From positions 1,680,001-1,712,000 of the forward strand of contig NC_017262.1 in assembly GCF_000175255.2 (NCBI RefSeq): 32,000 nt of DNA, read 5' to 3'. The notes below the pieces were generated by a model. The model was not told where the DNA came from. It was given only the letters and a program-made list of their open reading frames with translations, and did no database searches. Positions 1-8,645 of this stretch are shown here, piece by piece (within the stretch, counting starts at the first letter, position 1; each line of letters opens with the position of its first letter). A program made the position numbers and the translations under genes. Origin of the DNA: Zymomonas mobilis subsp. mobilis ATCC 10988. Its GTDB lineage: Bacteria > Pseudomonadota > Alphaproteobacteria > Sphingomonadales > Sphingomonadaceae.

Positions 1-437
1 AAGCTGGGTTAGCGGCTTTATCTCCGGCTTTGGCCGCGAAACTCTATGGGTTGGAAATCCTTGAAAAGGGTATTGCCGATGGTGATACCAATATTACCCG
101 CTTTGTTGTTCTCGCCGAAGCCGACACCGCTTTGCAAGATCTTCCCCCGATTAGACAAAATTTATCAGGAAAAATGATGACCAGCTTGCTGTTTACCGTC
201 AAAAACACACCTTCCGCCTTATTGAACGCGATTAAGGGCTTTGGTGATAATCAAGTAAATATGACCAAGCTTGAAAGCTATCAGCATGGTGCCAGCTTTT
301 CCGCGACCCAATTCTATGCGGATGTCGAAGGCGAACCTTCCGAAGATAATGTCGCACGGGCTTTAGATATTTTGCAAGAAAATGCCTGCGATCTCCGTAT
401 CTTGGGTGTGTATGCCCAAGCGCGCCCGCGCCAATAA
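1..437 (+). CDS. pheA: Prephenate dehydratase, C-terminal part with ACT domain (5' end outside the window)
   Basis: The frame is open from the left edge (…AGLAALSPALAAKLYGLEIL…), so the start at 30 is only internal. The ITRFVVL…TSLLFTVKNTPSALLNAIKGF…NMTKLESYQ pattern is typical of a PheA ACT regulatory domain. Confidence 0.9.
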   Translation, partial: AGLAALSPALAAKLYGLEILEKGIADGDTNITRFVVLAEADTALQDLPPIRQNLSGKMMTSLLFTVKNTPSALLNAIKGFGDNQVNMTKLESYQHGASFSATQFYADVEGEPSEDNVARALDILQENACDLRILGVYAQARPRQ

Positions 438-441
438 AATA

Positions 442-1563
442 TTAGGCCTTGCGGGTCTGCTTAAGATATTTTTTGACCGCTTTTTTAAAAACGGTGGGCA
501 GACCGGCAAGGTCGATTTCATCAATCGGCCAATATTCACCCTCGATCATATCGCTAGTCGTTTCAGCGGAAAAAATCCGCAATTCCAAAGCAAAATGCGT
601 AAAAATATGCTCAATATGACCTTGTTTTTCCCAAGCCAGAGTCATTAGATTTTTTTGCGCCTGCGCTGGAAAGGACGGGAAGGCTTCTTTTATAGCCTGC
701 TGCTCTGTTTCGGCATCACTGGCTGTTGTGGTGATTTTGGATTGATCGAGCCATTCGCTGCTCGGCAACGCCCTCATGCCACCCAATAAGCCTTTATCCG
801 GTCTCCGGATCAGTAAAATCTGATCTTTGGATGTAACGATAAAGGCATATCCAATCCGTGTTGGACGTATTTTTTTCGGGGCTTTGATCGGGAAAACTGC
901 CGGATTACCTGTTTTTTGTCCTTCGCAATGGGGCATCATTGGGCAAATCGCACAGGTGGGTTGCCGATTGACGCAGATTGTCGCGCCAATATCCATCATC
1001 GCTTGAGCAAAATCACCCGCTGCTGAATCTGGCGTTAATTTGTCGGTTTCCTCGGCGATAATCGGACGGGAAGCGGGTAAGGGCGTTTCAATAGCAAAAA
1101 GGCGACTAACCACTCTTTCGACATTGGCATCGACCACAACCGCTCTTTTCCCAAAGGCAATCGCCACAATCGCGGCGGCGGTATAGCGACCGATACCGGG
1201 TAATGCCAGTAAGCCCTGCTCATTATCAGGAAATTTACCGCCTGAAGCGACCACTTCCTTGGCGCATTTAATCAGGTTTCTGGCGCGGCTATAATATCCC
1301 AAACCAGCCCATTCAGCCATAACATCAGCTTCTTGGGCGGCCGCCAAGGCTTCGACCGTTGGCCATCTTTCGACAAATTTTAAATAATAAGGCGCGGCAT
1401 GGGCGGTTGTCGTCTGCTGTAGCATGATTTCCGATAACCAGACCCGATAGGGATCGACTTTATTTTGCTGGGCTTCTGTCCGCCAAGGCAAAATACGGGC
1501 ATGGCGTTGATACCAGTTAAGAAGATCAGTGGTTATTTCACGATAAACAGCAGATTTTTGCAT
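442..1563 (-). CDS. mutY: A/G-specific adenine DNA glycosylase
   Basis: 373 aa; WLSEIMLQQTT, LPGIGRYTAAAI (HhH-GPD), C-x6-C-x2-C-x5-C type Fe-S ligands (CVNRQPTCAICPMMPHC), and a C-terminal NUDIX-like domain. Confidence 0.96.
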   Translation of the reverse strand: MQKSAVYREITTDLLNWYQRHARILPWRTEAQQNKVDPYRVWLSEIMLQQTTTAHAAPYYLKFVERWPTVEALAAAQEADVMAEWAGLGYYSRARNLIKCAKEVVASGGKFPDNEQGLLALPGIGRYTAAAIVAIAFGKRAVVVDANVERVVSRLFAIETPLPASRPIIAEETDKLTPDSAAGDFAQAMMDIGATICVNRQPTCAICPMMPHCEGQKTGNPAVFPIKAPKKIRPTRIGYAFIVTSKDQILLIRRPDKGLLGGMRALPSSEWLDQSKITTTASDAETEQQAIKEAFPSFPAQAQKNLMTLAWEKQGHIEHIFTHFALELRIFSAETTSDMIEGEYWPIDEIDLAGLPTVFKKAVKKYLKQTRKA

Positions 1564-1597
1564 AACACTCTATCGACGGAGAAGGATAAATTGTGGC

Positions 1598-2248
1598 ATG
1601 ACCTTTGTCATGGATAAAGGCAAGTCATCTTCTGTTAGAACTTCCAATACAGAAGAAAGAAACAACGCCACCCTTTCTAAAAAGAAAATACCTGCGAAAA
1701 AAAGATCAGGGAAGGTGGCCTCAAAAAGCAAAAAACTTGTCATCGACCATGATAAAAGGCGGTGCAGGTTAAGCTCGGTCGGGCAATTATTGCCCCATAT
1801 TGGCGGAGCCGCCTTTCGTCGCTTCGGTTTTTTGCATTCTACTCTGATAAGTCGTTGGCCATTGGTGGTCGGTGAAAAATATGCCCGTTTGTCGGTGCCT
1901 GAATCAATCCGTTTTCCTTTCGGTCAGACTGTAGGCGGAACATTGACGGTTGCGGCCGAAGGCGCAATGGTTACTTTGATGCAGCATATTACGCCTGCGA
2001 TTATCGAGCGGGCGAACCGTTTCTTCGGATATGCAGCCATCGGGAAAATCAGCTTTCGCCAAGGGCGACTGAGCCATTTTGCCAAGGCTGAAAAATCGGT
2101 GCCTTTACCAAAAACAGAATTACTTCAGACCTATTTGAGCGAGGAAGATCAAGACCTTCTCGATCAAGTGCATGATCCCGAATTACGGGAAAGTCTCATT
2201 CGTTTGGGCGGCGGTATCGCAAGAGAAATGGAGCAAAAACAGAATTAG
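1598..2248 (+). CDS. DUF721 / DciA-like protein
   Basis: 216 aa; basic N-terminus followed by ISRWPLVVGEKYARLSVPESIRFP…GTLTVAAEGAMVTLMQHITPAIIERANRFFGY, the typical DUF721 pattern. Confidence 0.8.
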   Translation: MTFVMDKGKSSSVRTSNTEERNNATLSKKKIPAKKRSGKVASKSKKLVIDHDKRRCRLSSVGQLLPHIGGAAFRRFGFLHSTLISRWPLVVGEKYARLSVPESIRFPFGQTVGGTLTVAAEGAMVTLMQHITPAIIERANRFFGYAAIGKISFRQGRLSHFAKAEKSVPLPKTELLQTYLSEEDQDLLDQVHDPELRESLIRLGGGIAREMEQKQN

Positions 2249-2498
2249 TTTCGGCGGCTATCCTCATATTTTGATAGCCTTCCTTGAAAGAGGGGCTATC
2301 CTTTGACCAAGAATAGCCTAAAAATATTCCGGTTCTATTTGTCGTTAAAAATCAGATTCTCTTTTCTGAATCGGCCTTTGATACAGGCCTCGTAGAAAAA
2401 ACGGTTGAACTATTTTAAAAGCTCTGAATTGAAAATAGACTTGAAATAAAAACGCTGACCTTACAGCTTTTGAAAAGCGGGCAACAGAAAGCGAACAG

Positions 2499-3269
2499 AT
2501 GATGAAAAAATTGAAAATAGGTTTAGGTGCTGTCCTTTTATTAGCCGGTTCTTCCTTTATGGTCAGTGCTTGCCATAAAACAGAAAAAGCGCCTGCCAAT
2601 AGCCAACAGGAAGCCGCTTTACCCGCCGCTATTCCGGCACCGAATGGCGGTAGTTGGACGGATGTTGTTTCTGTTTCCCCTGAAGGCGGCTTTGTCATGG
2701 GTAATCCCAAAGCGCCGGTTTCTTTGGTTGAATATGCGTCTTTTACCTGTCCGCATTGTGCCGATTTTACGCAGGAAGGTTTCCCGAAATTACGGGATAA
2801 TTATATCGCCAAAGGGTTGGTGAAATTAGAATTCCGTAACCTTGTTCGTGATCCATTTGATATTGCTCTGACTCTTCTTGCCCGCTGCCGTGGCGCGGAA
2901 ACCTTTTTCCCAATTGCGGATCAGCTTTTCCAAGAACAAAAACCGATGTTTGAACGCATCCAGAATGCGGACAAAGCCGATTTGCAACGTGTCGCCGGTC
3001 TGCCCCAAGATCAACAAATGGCAGAATATATCCGCCTGACGGGAATGAATCCCTTCTTCGGAAATCGCGGATTGCCGACCAGCGCCCAGAATAAATGTCT
3101 GACGGATCAGGCCGCGATTAAAACCCTGATGGATATTCGGAGCATTGCCGACAAGCAGAATGTCACCGGCACGCCAATGTTCTTAATCAATGGTGCTTTA
3201 CAAGAAGTCGGTATCGGTAGCCCGATTTGGGATCAGCTGGAACCTGCTTTGAAAGCTGCTCTGCAATAA
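2499..3269 (+). CDS. DsbA-family thiol:disulfide oxidoreductase, exported lipoprotein-like
   Basis: 256 aa; hydrophobic N-terminal segment, thioredoxin-fold active site FTCPHCADF, and NVTGTPMFLINGALQEVG (cis-Pro region). Confidence 0.9.
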   Translation: MMKKLKIGLGAVLLLAGSSFMVSACHKTEKAPANSQQEAALPAAIPAPNGGSWTDVVSVSPEGGFVMGNPKAPVSLVEYASFTCPHCADFTQEGFPKLRDNYIAKGLVKLEFRNLVRDPFDIALTLLARCRGAETFFPIADQLFQEQKPMFERIQNADKADLQRVAGLPQDQQMAEYIRLTGMNPFFGNRGLPTSAQNKCLTDQAAIKTLMDIRSIADKQNVTGTPMFLINGALQEVGIGSPIWDQLEPALKAALQ

Positions 3270-3452
3270 TCGTTATTTTATCCCAAAGTTGATTTGGTAA
3301 ACTGGCTTGGCAAGGGAAAAATCAGGGCGCAAAGCACAATAGCTGAAAAATCGAAGCCATCCGATAATCACCCTATGGCTTCGCTTTTGGGGATATCACG
3401 GGTCTTTATCCGCTTTCGATAAAGACCCAGCAAGAAAGGATTGGAGTCCTTT

Positions 3453-4274
3453 ATGGTGCCGGTTAAAAATGTAGTGCTGAATGACGGGCATAGTATGCCA
3501 GCCATCGGTCAAGGCGTTTACCAACTCAATCCCGCACAAGCTGAAAGCATGGTCGCTTTGGGATATGATCTTGGCTATCGCGCTGTTGATACTGCGGCAT
3601 GGTATGAAAATGAAGAAGGGGTTGGAGAAGGGCTGCGTTCTCGTCACGCTCGTAGCTTTATAACCACCAAATTGATGCCGCAGGATATGGGGCGGGTGAA
3701 TTGCTTTGTCGCCCTTGATAAAAGCATCCGCAATCTGGGTGTAACTAGTTTAAATCTGTATCTTATCCATTGGCCGGGGCAAGACCGGAAACGCTATGAA
3801 GAGACATGGCAAACCCTGATTCAAATCAGGGCAATCGGCAAAGCCAGCTCTATCGGTGTCTCCAATTTTACGATTGATCATCTCGATCATATTATTGCCG
3901 ATTCCGGTGTCGTGCCTGCCGTCAACCAGATCGAATTACACCCTTATTTCCAGCAAAAAGAATTGCGTGCCTATCATGCGGAACGGGGTATTGTAACGAC
4001 CAGTTGGTCGCCGCTGGGTCGCGGAGCCGCTCTGAATGATCCGGTTATTCGTGAAATTGCTTTGAAGCATGGCAAAACACCGGCACAAGTTGTTTTGAAC
4101 TGGCATTTGAGTCTGGGTTTGACGGTTATTCCCAAGGCATCCAGTAAAGCCCGTTTACAAGAAAATCTTGAAGCGGATAGTTTCGCGCTTGATGAAGAAG
4201 ATATGCAGCGCATTGAATCTTTGGATAAACCTGACGGTCGTCAGGGGATGGATCCGGCTGTTTTCGATTTTTAA
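3453..4274 (+). CDS. Aldo/keto reductase (2,5-diketo-D-gluconate reductase-like)
   Basis: MPAIGQGVYQL, GYRAVDTAAWYENEEGVG, LNLYLIHWPG, ASSIGVSNF, NQIELHPYFQQ, IPKASS motifs. The ATG at 3453 is preferred over the TTG at 3441 given the upstream AAGGA. Confidence 0.93.
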   Translation: MVPVKNVVLNDGHSMPAIGQGVYQLNPAQAESMVALGYDLGYRAVDTAAWYENEEGVGEGLRSRHARSFITTKLMPQDMGRVNCFVALDKSIRNLGVTSLNLYLIHWPGQDRKRYEETWQTLIQIRAIGKASSIGVSNFTIDHLDHIIADSGVVPAVNQIELHPYFQQKELRAYHAERGIVTTSWSPLGRGAALNDPVIREIALKHGKTPAQVVLNWHLSLGLTVIPKASSKARLQENLEADSFALDEEDMQRIESLDKPDGRQGMDPAVFDF

Positions 4275-4483
4275 TGACCGGATATGATTTTTCGAAGGCG
4301 GTGTTTCGCTATACCGTCTCCGAAAAATCTAAAGTGCATTTTTCCCTTGAAAAATTATTTCTAGCGCTGGTTTGTTACCCGTTACTGGTTATCGGGATCG
4401 TCATATTTGGCATGTTTGCGTTGCTCTCTTTCGGCAATCGCATCCATAATAAATTGATGGTAACAGCCGCTTATCCCATTTGA
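4274..4483 (+). CDS. Possible small single-pass membrane protein
   Basis: 69 aa; its start overlaps the aldo/keto reductase stop (TAATG). Hydrophobic segment LFLALVCYPLLVIGIVIFGMFALLSFG. The 3' part overlaps the opposite-strand gene at 4382..4861. Confidence 0.3.
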   Translation: MTGYDFSKAVFRYTVSEKSKVHFSLEKLFLALVCYPLLVIGIVIFGMFALLSFGNRIHNKLMVTAAYPI

Positions 4484-4861
4484 TCCTGATGTCGTGCAAC
4501 TTGTCGGAATACCGGTTGAGGTTGTTCTTTCCAGATCGGCGACTTTCGCACTCCATGCGCTATTAGCAAATTTCTGTTTTGGCTGATCCCGAAATCTTTT
4601 GGGCAGGCGATAGCGTTCGCTTTCGGGTTTTCTAGCGCAGATAACGATTTCATCGCCTTTCCCCTTGGGGCATTGATCTTGGCCATAGACGACCAAGGAT
4701 ATCACCCGTTCCGAAGGCGCTACGGCGTTAAGTTTTTGCTGTTCTTCAGGGGATAAAGCATCCCACATAGTGGTATCTTGGGCAGCAACTGGCAAGGCCA
4801 TAAAAGACAACGCCATCGCTAAAAAGGCGTTAACCGGACGCAGAAACAAACCCGCTTTCAT
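4382..4861 (-). CDS. Small exported Cys-motif protein, paralog 1 of 3
   Basis: 159 aa; N-terminal signal-like segment ending AAQD; core VYGQDQCPKGKGDEIVICARKPESERYRLPKRFRDQ; C-terminal SCTTSGSNGISGC. Confidence 0.8.
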   Translation of the reverse strand: MKAGLFLRPVNAFLAMALSFMALPVAAQDTTMWDALSPEEQQKLNAVAPSERVISLVVYGQDQCPKGKGDEIVICARKPESERYRLPKRFRDQPKQKFANSAWSAKVADLERTTSTGIPTSCTTSGSNGISGCYHQFIMDAIAEREQRKHAKYDDPDNQ

Positions 4862-4994
4862 GCTTTTTCCTGAATAAAGGGAATCGAATATTATATTGTT
4901 ATAAAATTTAGCTTTCTCAAGATTGATATGAAGTGAACCAATCTTTTAAGAAAAAAGAGGGACAACAACTAACCGTCATCCCTCTTGCCTAACC

Positions 4995-5414
4995 TTATTG
5001 CGGCATGGCGCTATTTTTGAGCCGTTCTTTGGCCGCGCGTCTTTCTGCTACGTCATTTTGAGCTGCGACCCGACCACAGCCCATTTCCGAACCAGAACCG
5101 GAGGAAGTGCAGCTACCTGCACCTTGTGCGCCAGCCCCTGCAAAAATCTGCTGACGGGAAGCCCAGCTTTGCTGTTCCGGCTTGTTTCTTTCTTCGTCCC
5201 GCAATTCTTCCGGCACGCGATATTTGTCACCGGCAGGACGGGTGACACAGATATAGCCCGCCGGACAGGCTTCATTCCCATAAACCGTCATCGTCGGTGG
5301 TCTAGCAACCGAAGGCGACAAGAAGGCAATACCGGACAGTGATAAAGGTAAAGCAAAAAACAGAGAAAATTTGGTTATAGTTTTCATCGGATTATCCACC
5401 GGTTGCCTCGTCAT
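4995..5414 (-). CDS. Small exported Cys-motif protein, paralog 2 of 3
   Basis: 139 aa; signal-like N-terminus; core VYGNEACPAGYICVTRPAGDKYRVPEELRDEERN; C-terminal SCTSSGSGSEMGC. Confidence 0.8.
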   Translation of the reverse strand: MTRQPVDNPMKTITKFSLFFALPLSLSGIAFLSPSVARPPTMTVYGNEACPAGYICVTRPAGDKYRVPEELRDEERNKPEQQSWASRQQIFAGAGAQGAGSCTSSGSGSEMGCGRVAAQNDVAERRAAKERLKNSAMPQ

Positions 5415-5523
5415 ATAACGATATTATGCCACAAACAGGTTCATCTGCAAATTGTGGTCAATCTTATCTACAAATAGATACCCGCAATTTTTAGAGGAAA
5501 AGATTAAATCTTTGATAGATATT

Positions 5524-5955
5524 TTAATTACCTTTAAAAGGATTATTCATATCTGGCGCAGATAACATCCCCATATCCTGAACTCTTTGTCCCCAACTGC
5601 GATGGGTGCGCTGATATTTTTCTTCCTTCACCTTGCGGTCTTCTTCACGCATGGCAACTGGAATACGGTAACGCTCGCTTTCGGGTAAGCGGCGACAGAC
5701 AATAATTGTTTCGCTATCGGGTGCCTTGGGACAGCTTTCATTCCCGAAAATAACCATCTGTTTTGGCATACCATCGCTGGCTTTAACGGGCGGCATAATC
5801 GAAATGGCAACGCCTTTTGGAATATCCTCCCATCGGCGATTACTTAAACTCTCACTTGCCTTTGCATGATGGGCAAAAAGAGGCTGTCCGGCAAAGGCGA
5901 TATAATGAAGCAGGACGGCGGATATAACGGATTTATATCTCAAGGGAATAGCCAT
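5524..5955 (-). CDS. Small exported Cys-motif protein, paralog 3 of 3
   Basis: 143 aa; signal-like N-terminus; core IFGNESCPKAPDSETIIVCRRLPESERYRIPVAMREE; lacks the second Cys pair. Confidence 0.78.
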   Translation of the reverse strand: MAIPLRYKSVISAVLLHYIAFAGQPLFAHHAKASESLSNRRWEDIPKGVAISIMPPVKASDGMPKQMVIFGNESCPKAPDSETIIVCRRLPESERYRIPVAMREEDRKVKEEKYQRTHRSWGQRVQDMGMLSAPDMNNPFKGN

Positions 5956-5961
5956 CCTGTT

Positions 5962-6519
5962 TTAAAAACGCTTTGATAATTCGATAGCGGCGCGGCATCC
6001 CAAACGGATCAATCCATATAAAACAGGATAGGCCGGAATTTCTTCAGCCCCTTCCTTGATGGCATGATCGCGATGTTCCAATTCTTCTTCCCGATATTCG
6101 GCAATCATCTTTTTTAATTCATGATCTTCCGAACCGAGCTTTTCCATCTGGCTTTTGTAATGTTCGTCAATTTCGCTTTCGACTGCTGCCGTGCAGGCCA
6201 TAGCGGTTTTAGGGCCTATCAGGGCGGTTGCCGCTCCCAAGGCAAAACCCGCTATTTTCCAGACAGGTTGCAACAAGGTCGGGCGGACATGCCGTTCCTG
6301 AACCAGTTTTTCAAAACCCGCAAAATGGCGATCTTCCTGTGCCGCCATACGGGTAATCATTTTGGAAAGCCGACCATTCCGGTCGCCCATAATGGCTAAT
6401 TGACCTGCATAAATACGGATTGCGCCATATTCACCCGCATGGTCAACGCGGATCATTGACTTCCGTTCTTCTTCGGAAATTTTTGTTTCTAACGGCGTTT
6501 GGGAAGATAATTCAGACAT
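5962..6519 (-). CDS. coq7: Demethoxyubiquinone hydroxylase (COQ7 family)
   Basis: 185 aa; MIRVDHAGEYGAIRIY, EDRHFAGFE, AVESEIDEHY, EELEHRDHAIKEGA: diiron ligand E/ExxH motifs of COQ7. Confidence 0.94.
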   Translation of the reverse strand: MSELSSQTPLETKISEEERKSMIRVDHAGEYGAIRIYAGQLAIMGDRNGRLSKMITRMAAQEDRHFAGFEKLVQERHVRPTLLQPVWKIAGFALGAATALIGPKTAMACTAAVESEIDEHYKSQMEKLGSEDHELKKMIAEYREEELEHRDHAIKEGAEEIPAYPVLYGLIRLGCRAAIELSKRF

Positions 6520-7094
6520 AAAAGCGCTATCACCAATCCTGCCCCTGTAGAAAATATGGCATTAAAGCCGGCGAGTGAAATGCCCCATAACGTCCATGCC
6601 GGAATATCACAGCGGACAAAAGGTGCATTCATGATGGCATTGAACATTTCTTGGGTATTGTTACCCGTAATTGGCAGCGAGCAGGTCGTTATGCCTTCCC
6701 ACCAATGATATTCGACCCCCGCATGGAAAGCCCCGATAAAACCGCTGACCGCAATAGAAAAAGCAGCCAGCAAGGTTAATATCTTTTCAGAAGGGCGAAT
6801 ATAGCCTTTTAAAGAGTCTTTTTTGGAGAAAATAAACGACAGCAAGAAAGAAAAGACCATCAATCCGATAGCGATATAATGGGGTTTTCTTTGCCACAAG
6901 CACATTTCACAAGGATATAAATGGCCGATATATTCCGATCCCAATGCACTGATCATAGAGATAGTCGGATATAAAAAGGCAATCAGGCGTGCAAAGCATA
7001 AACGTTGATCTGCGGTGGTGTGAAGCGCCCATTCAATCAGCCTTTTATATAAAGGCTTTTCTTCTTGGGGCGTCGGCCTTGTGCTTGATGCCAT
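6489..7094 (-). CDS. dsbB: Disulfide bond formation protein DsbB-like
   Basis: 201 aa; multiple hydrophobic segments, YPCEMCLWQRKPHY quinone-reactive CxxC region, and a second periplasmic Cys pair. Overlaps coq7 by 31 nt. Confidence 0.88.
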   Translation of the reverse strand: MASSTRPTPQEEKPLYKRLIEWALHTTADQRLCFARLIAFLYPTISMISALGSEYIGHLYPCEMCLWQRKPHYIAIGLMVFSFLLSFIFSKKDSLKGYIRPSEKILTLLAAFSIAVSGFIGAFHAGVEYHWWEGITTCSLPITGNNTQEMFNAIMNAPFVRCDIPAWTLWGISLAGFNAIFSTGAGLVIALLCLNYLPKRR

Positions 7095-7126
7095 AATCCG
7101 ATCCTTATTATCCCGAATTGTATTTT

Positions 7127-8506
7127 TTATTCCCGACCCGATGGGGTGGCGGATTTACCGGCTAGTGTCTCTTTTGTGATAGGAGAAGGTTGCCGACTAA
7201 TTCTGCCAATGGTTTTCAGCGCATAATCAAGCTGAAAATCCGTAATATTTTCTTTTTTCAGACTTTCTGGTGTCGCCGTAAACTGGGGATCGGTTTTACC
7301 GTTATCATCTTCCAGTAGACTATTGTCTGTATTAGCCTGATTTACAAGATGACGCAACAAATCTGCTTCGCGCAATTTGGGACGTGTTTTGTAATCAGGA
7401 TCAGAAAGCTGTGGCACAATAATATCCGGTTCGATTCCGCCTTCCTGAACGGATCGACCTGACGGGGTATAATAACGGGCAGTCGTCAGACGTAATGCCG
7501 TATCATCCCCCAAAGGCAGCAAAGTCTGAACCGAGCCTTTTCCAAAACTGCGGGTGCCCATAATCAAGGCGCGGTGATGGTCTTGCAAGGCACCAGAAAC
7601 AATTTCCGAAGCCGAAGCCGATCCACCATCGACTAACACAATCAATGGCAAGCCATTCGCCAGATCACCCGGTTTTGAAAAATAACGCCGGATATCGGTT
7701 TTTTCTCTGCCGCGTTCGGAAACGACTTCACCATGGTCGAGGAAGATATCGGAAAGGGCAACGGCCTGATCCAACAATCCACCGGGGTTAGAACGCAAAT
7801 CAAGAATATAGCCTAAAGGAGCGCCTTTATTCTGTTTTTCAATATTGGCGATGGCTTTGGTGACATCTGCCCCGACATTATGGGAGAAAGAACTGACCGT
7901 AATCACCCCGATATGATTGGTCACTGTCCATTTAACAGACTGAACCTGAATAATCTCGCGGGTCAAAGTGACATCAAATTCTTTGTCACGACCGGGGCGA
8001 ACTACGGTTAATTTGACTGATGTTCCGGGTTTTCCTCGCATTTTAGAAACCGAGTCATCAATATTGGAGCCATAAATAAATTGGCCATCAATATGGGTGA
8101 TATAATCGCCCGCTTTCAAACCGGCACGCCATGACGGAGTATCTTTCATCGGGCTGATGACTTTTAAAATACCATCCTGCGCCATCACGGTTAAACCCAA
8201 ACCGCCATAATTCCCATCGGCTTGGGTTTTGATATTCGCGAATTGATGGGCATTCATATAAGAACTATGGGGGTCAAGATTAGACAGCATCCCGTCAATC
8301 GCCCCTTGTATCAATTTTTGGTCATCAACCTTATCGACATAGCTGCTTTTGACCTGTTCAAAGACTCTCATAAACTGGTCAAGCTGATGATAGGTATCTT
8401 TATTCTGGCTATCGACCGCTGCCATGGAAGAGGTAAGCGCCGGAATCAACATACTCGTGCTGGCCAAAGCCATGAGAAGGGGAAGCCGTAATTTCTTTAT
8501 TTTCAT
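7127..8506 (-). CDS. ctpA: Carboxyl-terminal processing protease, S41 family
   Basis: 459 aa; signal-like N-terminus, PDZ domain (GGLGLTV…VISPMKDTPSWRAGLKAGDYI), and catalytic region VLVDGGSASASEIVSGALQDHHRA…GTRSFGKGSVQT. Confidence 0.95.
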   Translation of the reverse strand: MKIKKLRLPLLMALASTSMLIPALTSSMAAVDSQNKDTYHQLDQFMRVFEQVKSSYVDKVDDQKLIQGAIDGMLSNLDPHSSYMNAHQFANIKTQADGNYGGLGLTVMAQDGILKVISPMKDTPSWRAGLKAGDYITHIDGQFIYGSNIDDSVSKMRGKPGTSVKLTVVRPGRDKEFDVTLTREIIQVQSVKWTVTNHIGVITVSSFSHNVGADVTKAIANIEKQNKGAPLGYILDLRSNPGGLLDQAVALSDIFLDHGEVVSERGREKTDIRRYFSKPGDLANGLPLIVLVDGGSASASEIVSGALQDHHRALIMGTRSFGKGSVQTLLPLGDDTALRLTTARYYTPSGRSVQEGGIEPDIIVPQLSDPDYKTRPKLREADLLRHLVNQANTDNSLLEDDNGKTDPQFTATPESLKKENITDFQLDYALKTIGRISRQPSPITKETLAGKSATPSGRE

Positions 8507-8645
8507 CAGTCTTTACTTTGTCCATCCATGGCAGGCATTGCAGAATATCGCCCGTTTTTGTCGTCCAAATCTGGCCGATTGTTTCGTCAGCTTAAACGGC
8601 ATTTCGTAAAAAGGGGGTAAATTCGGGTTGATGACAAGGCCTTTA

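Noticed and set aside
2345-2710. 121-aa minus-strand ORF upstream of the DsbA-like gene
   Set aside because: Half of it is antisense to the DsbA-like CDS, with no recognisable family and no supporting start context.
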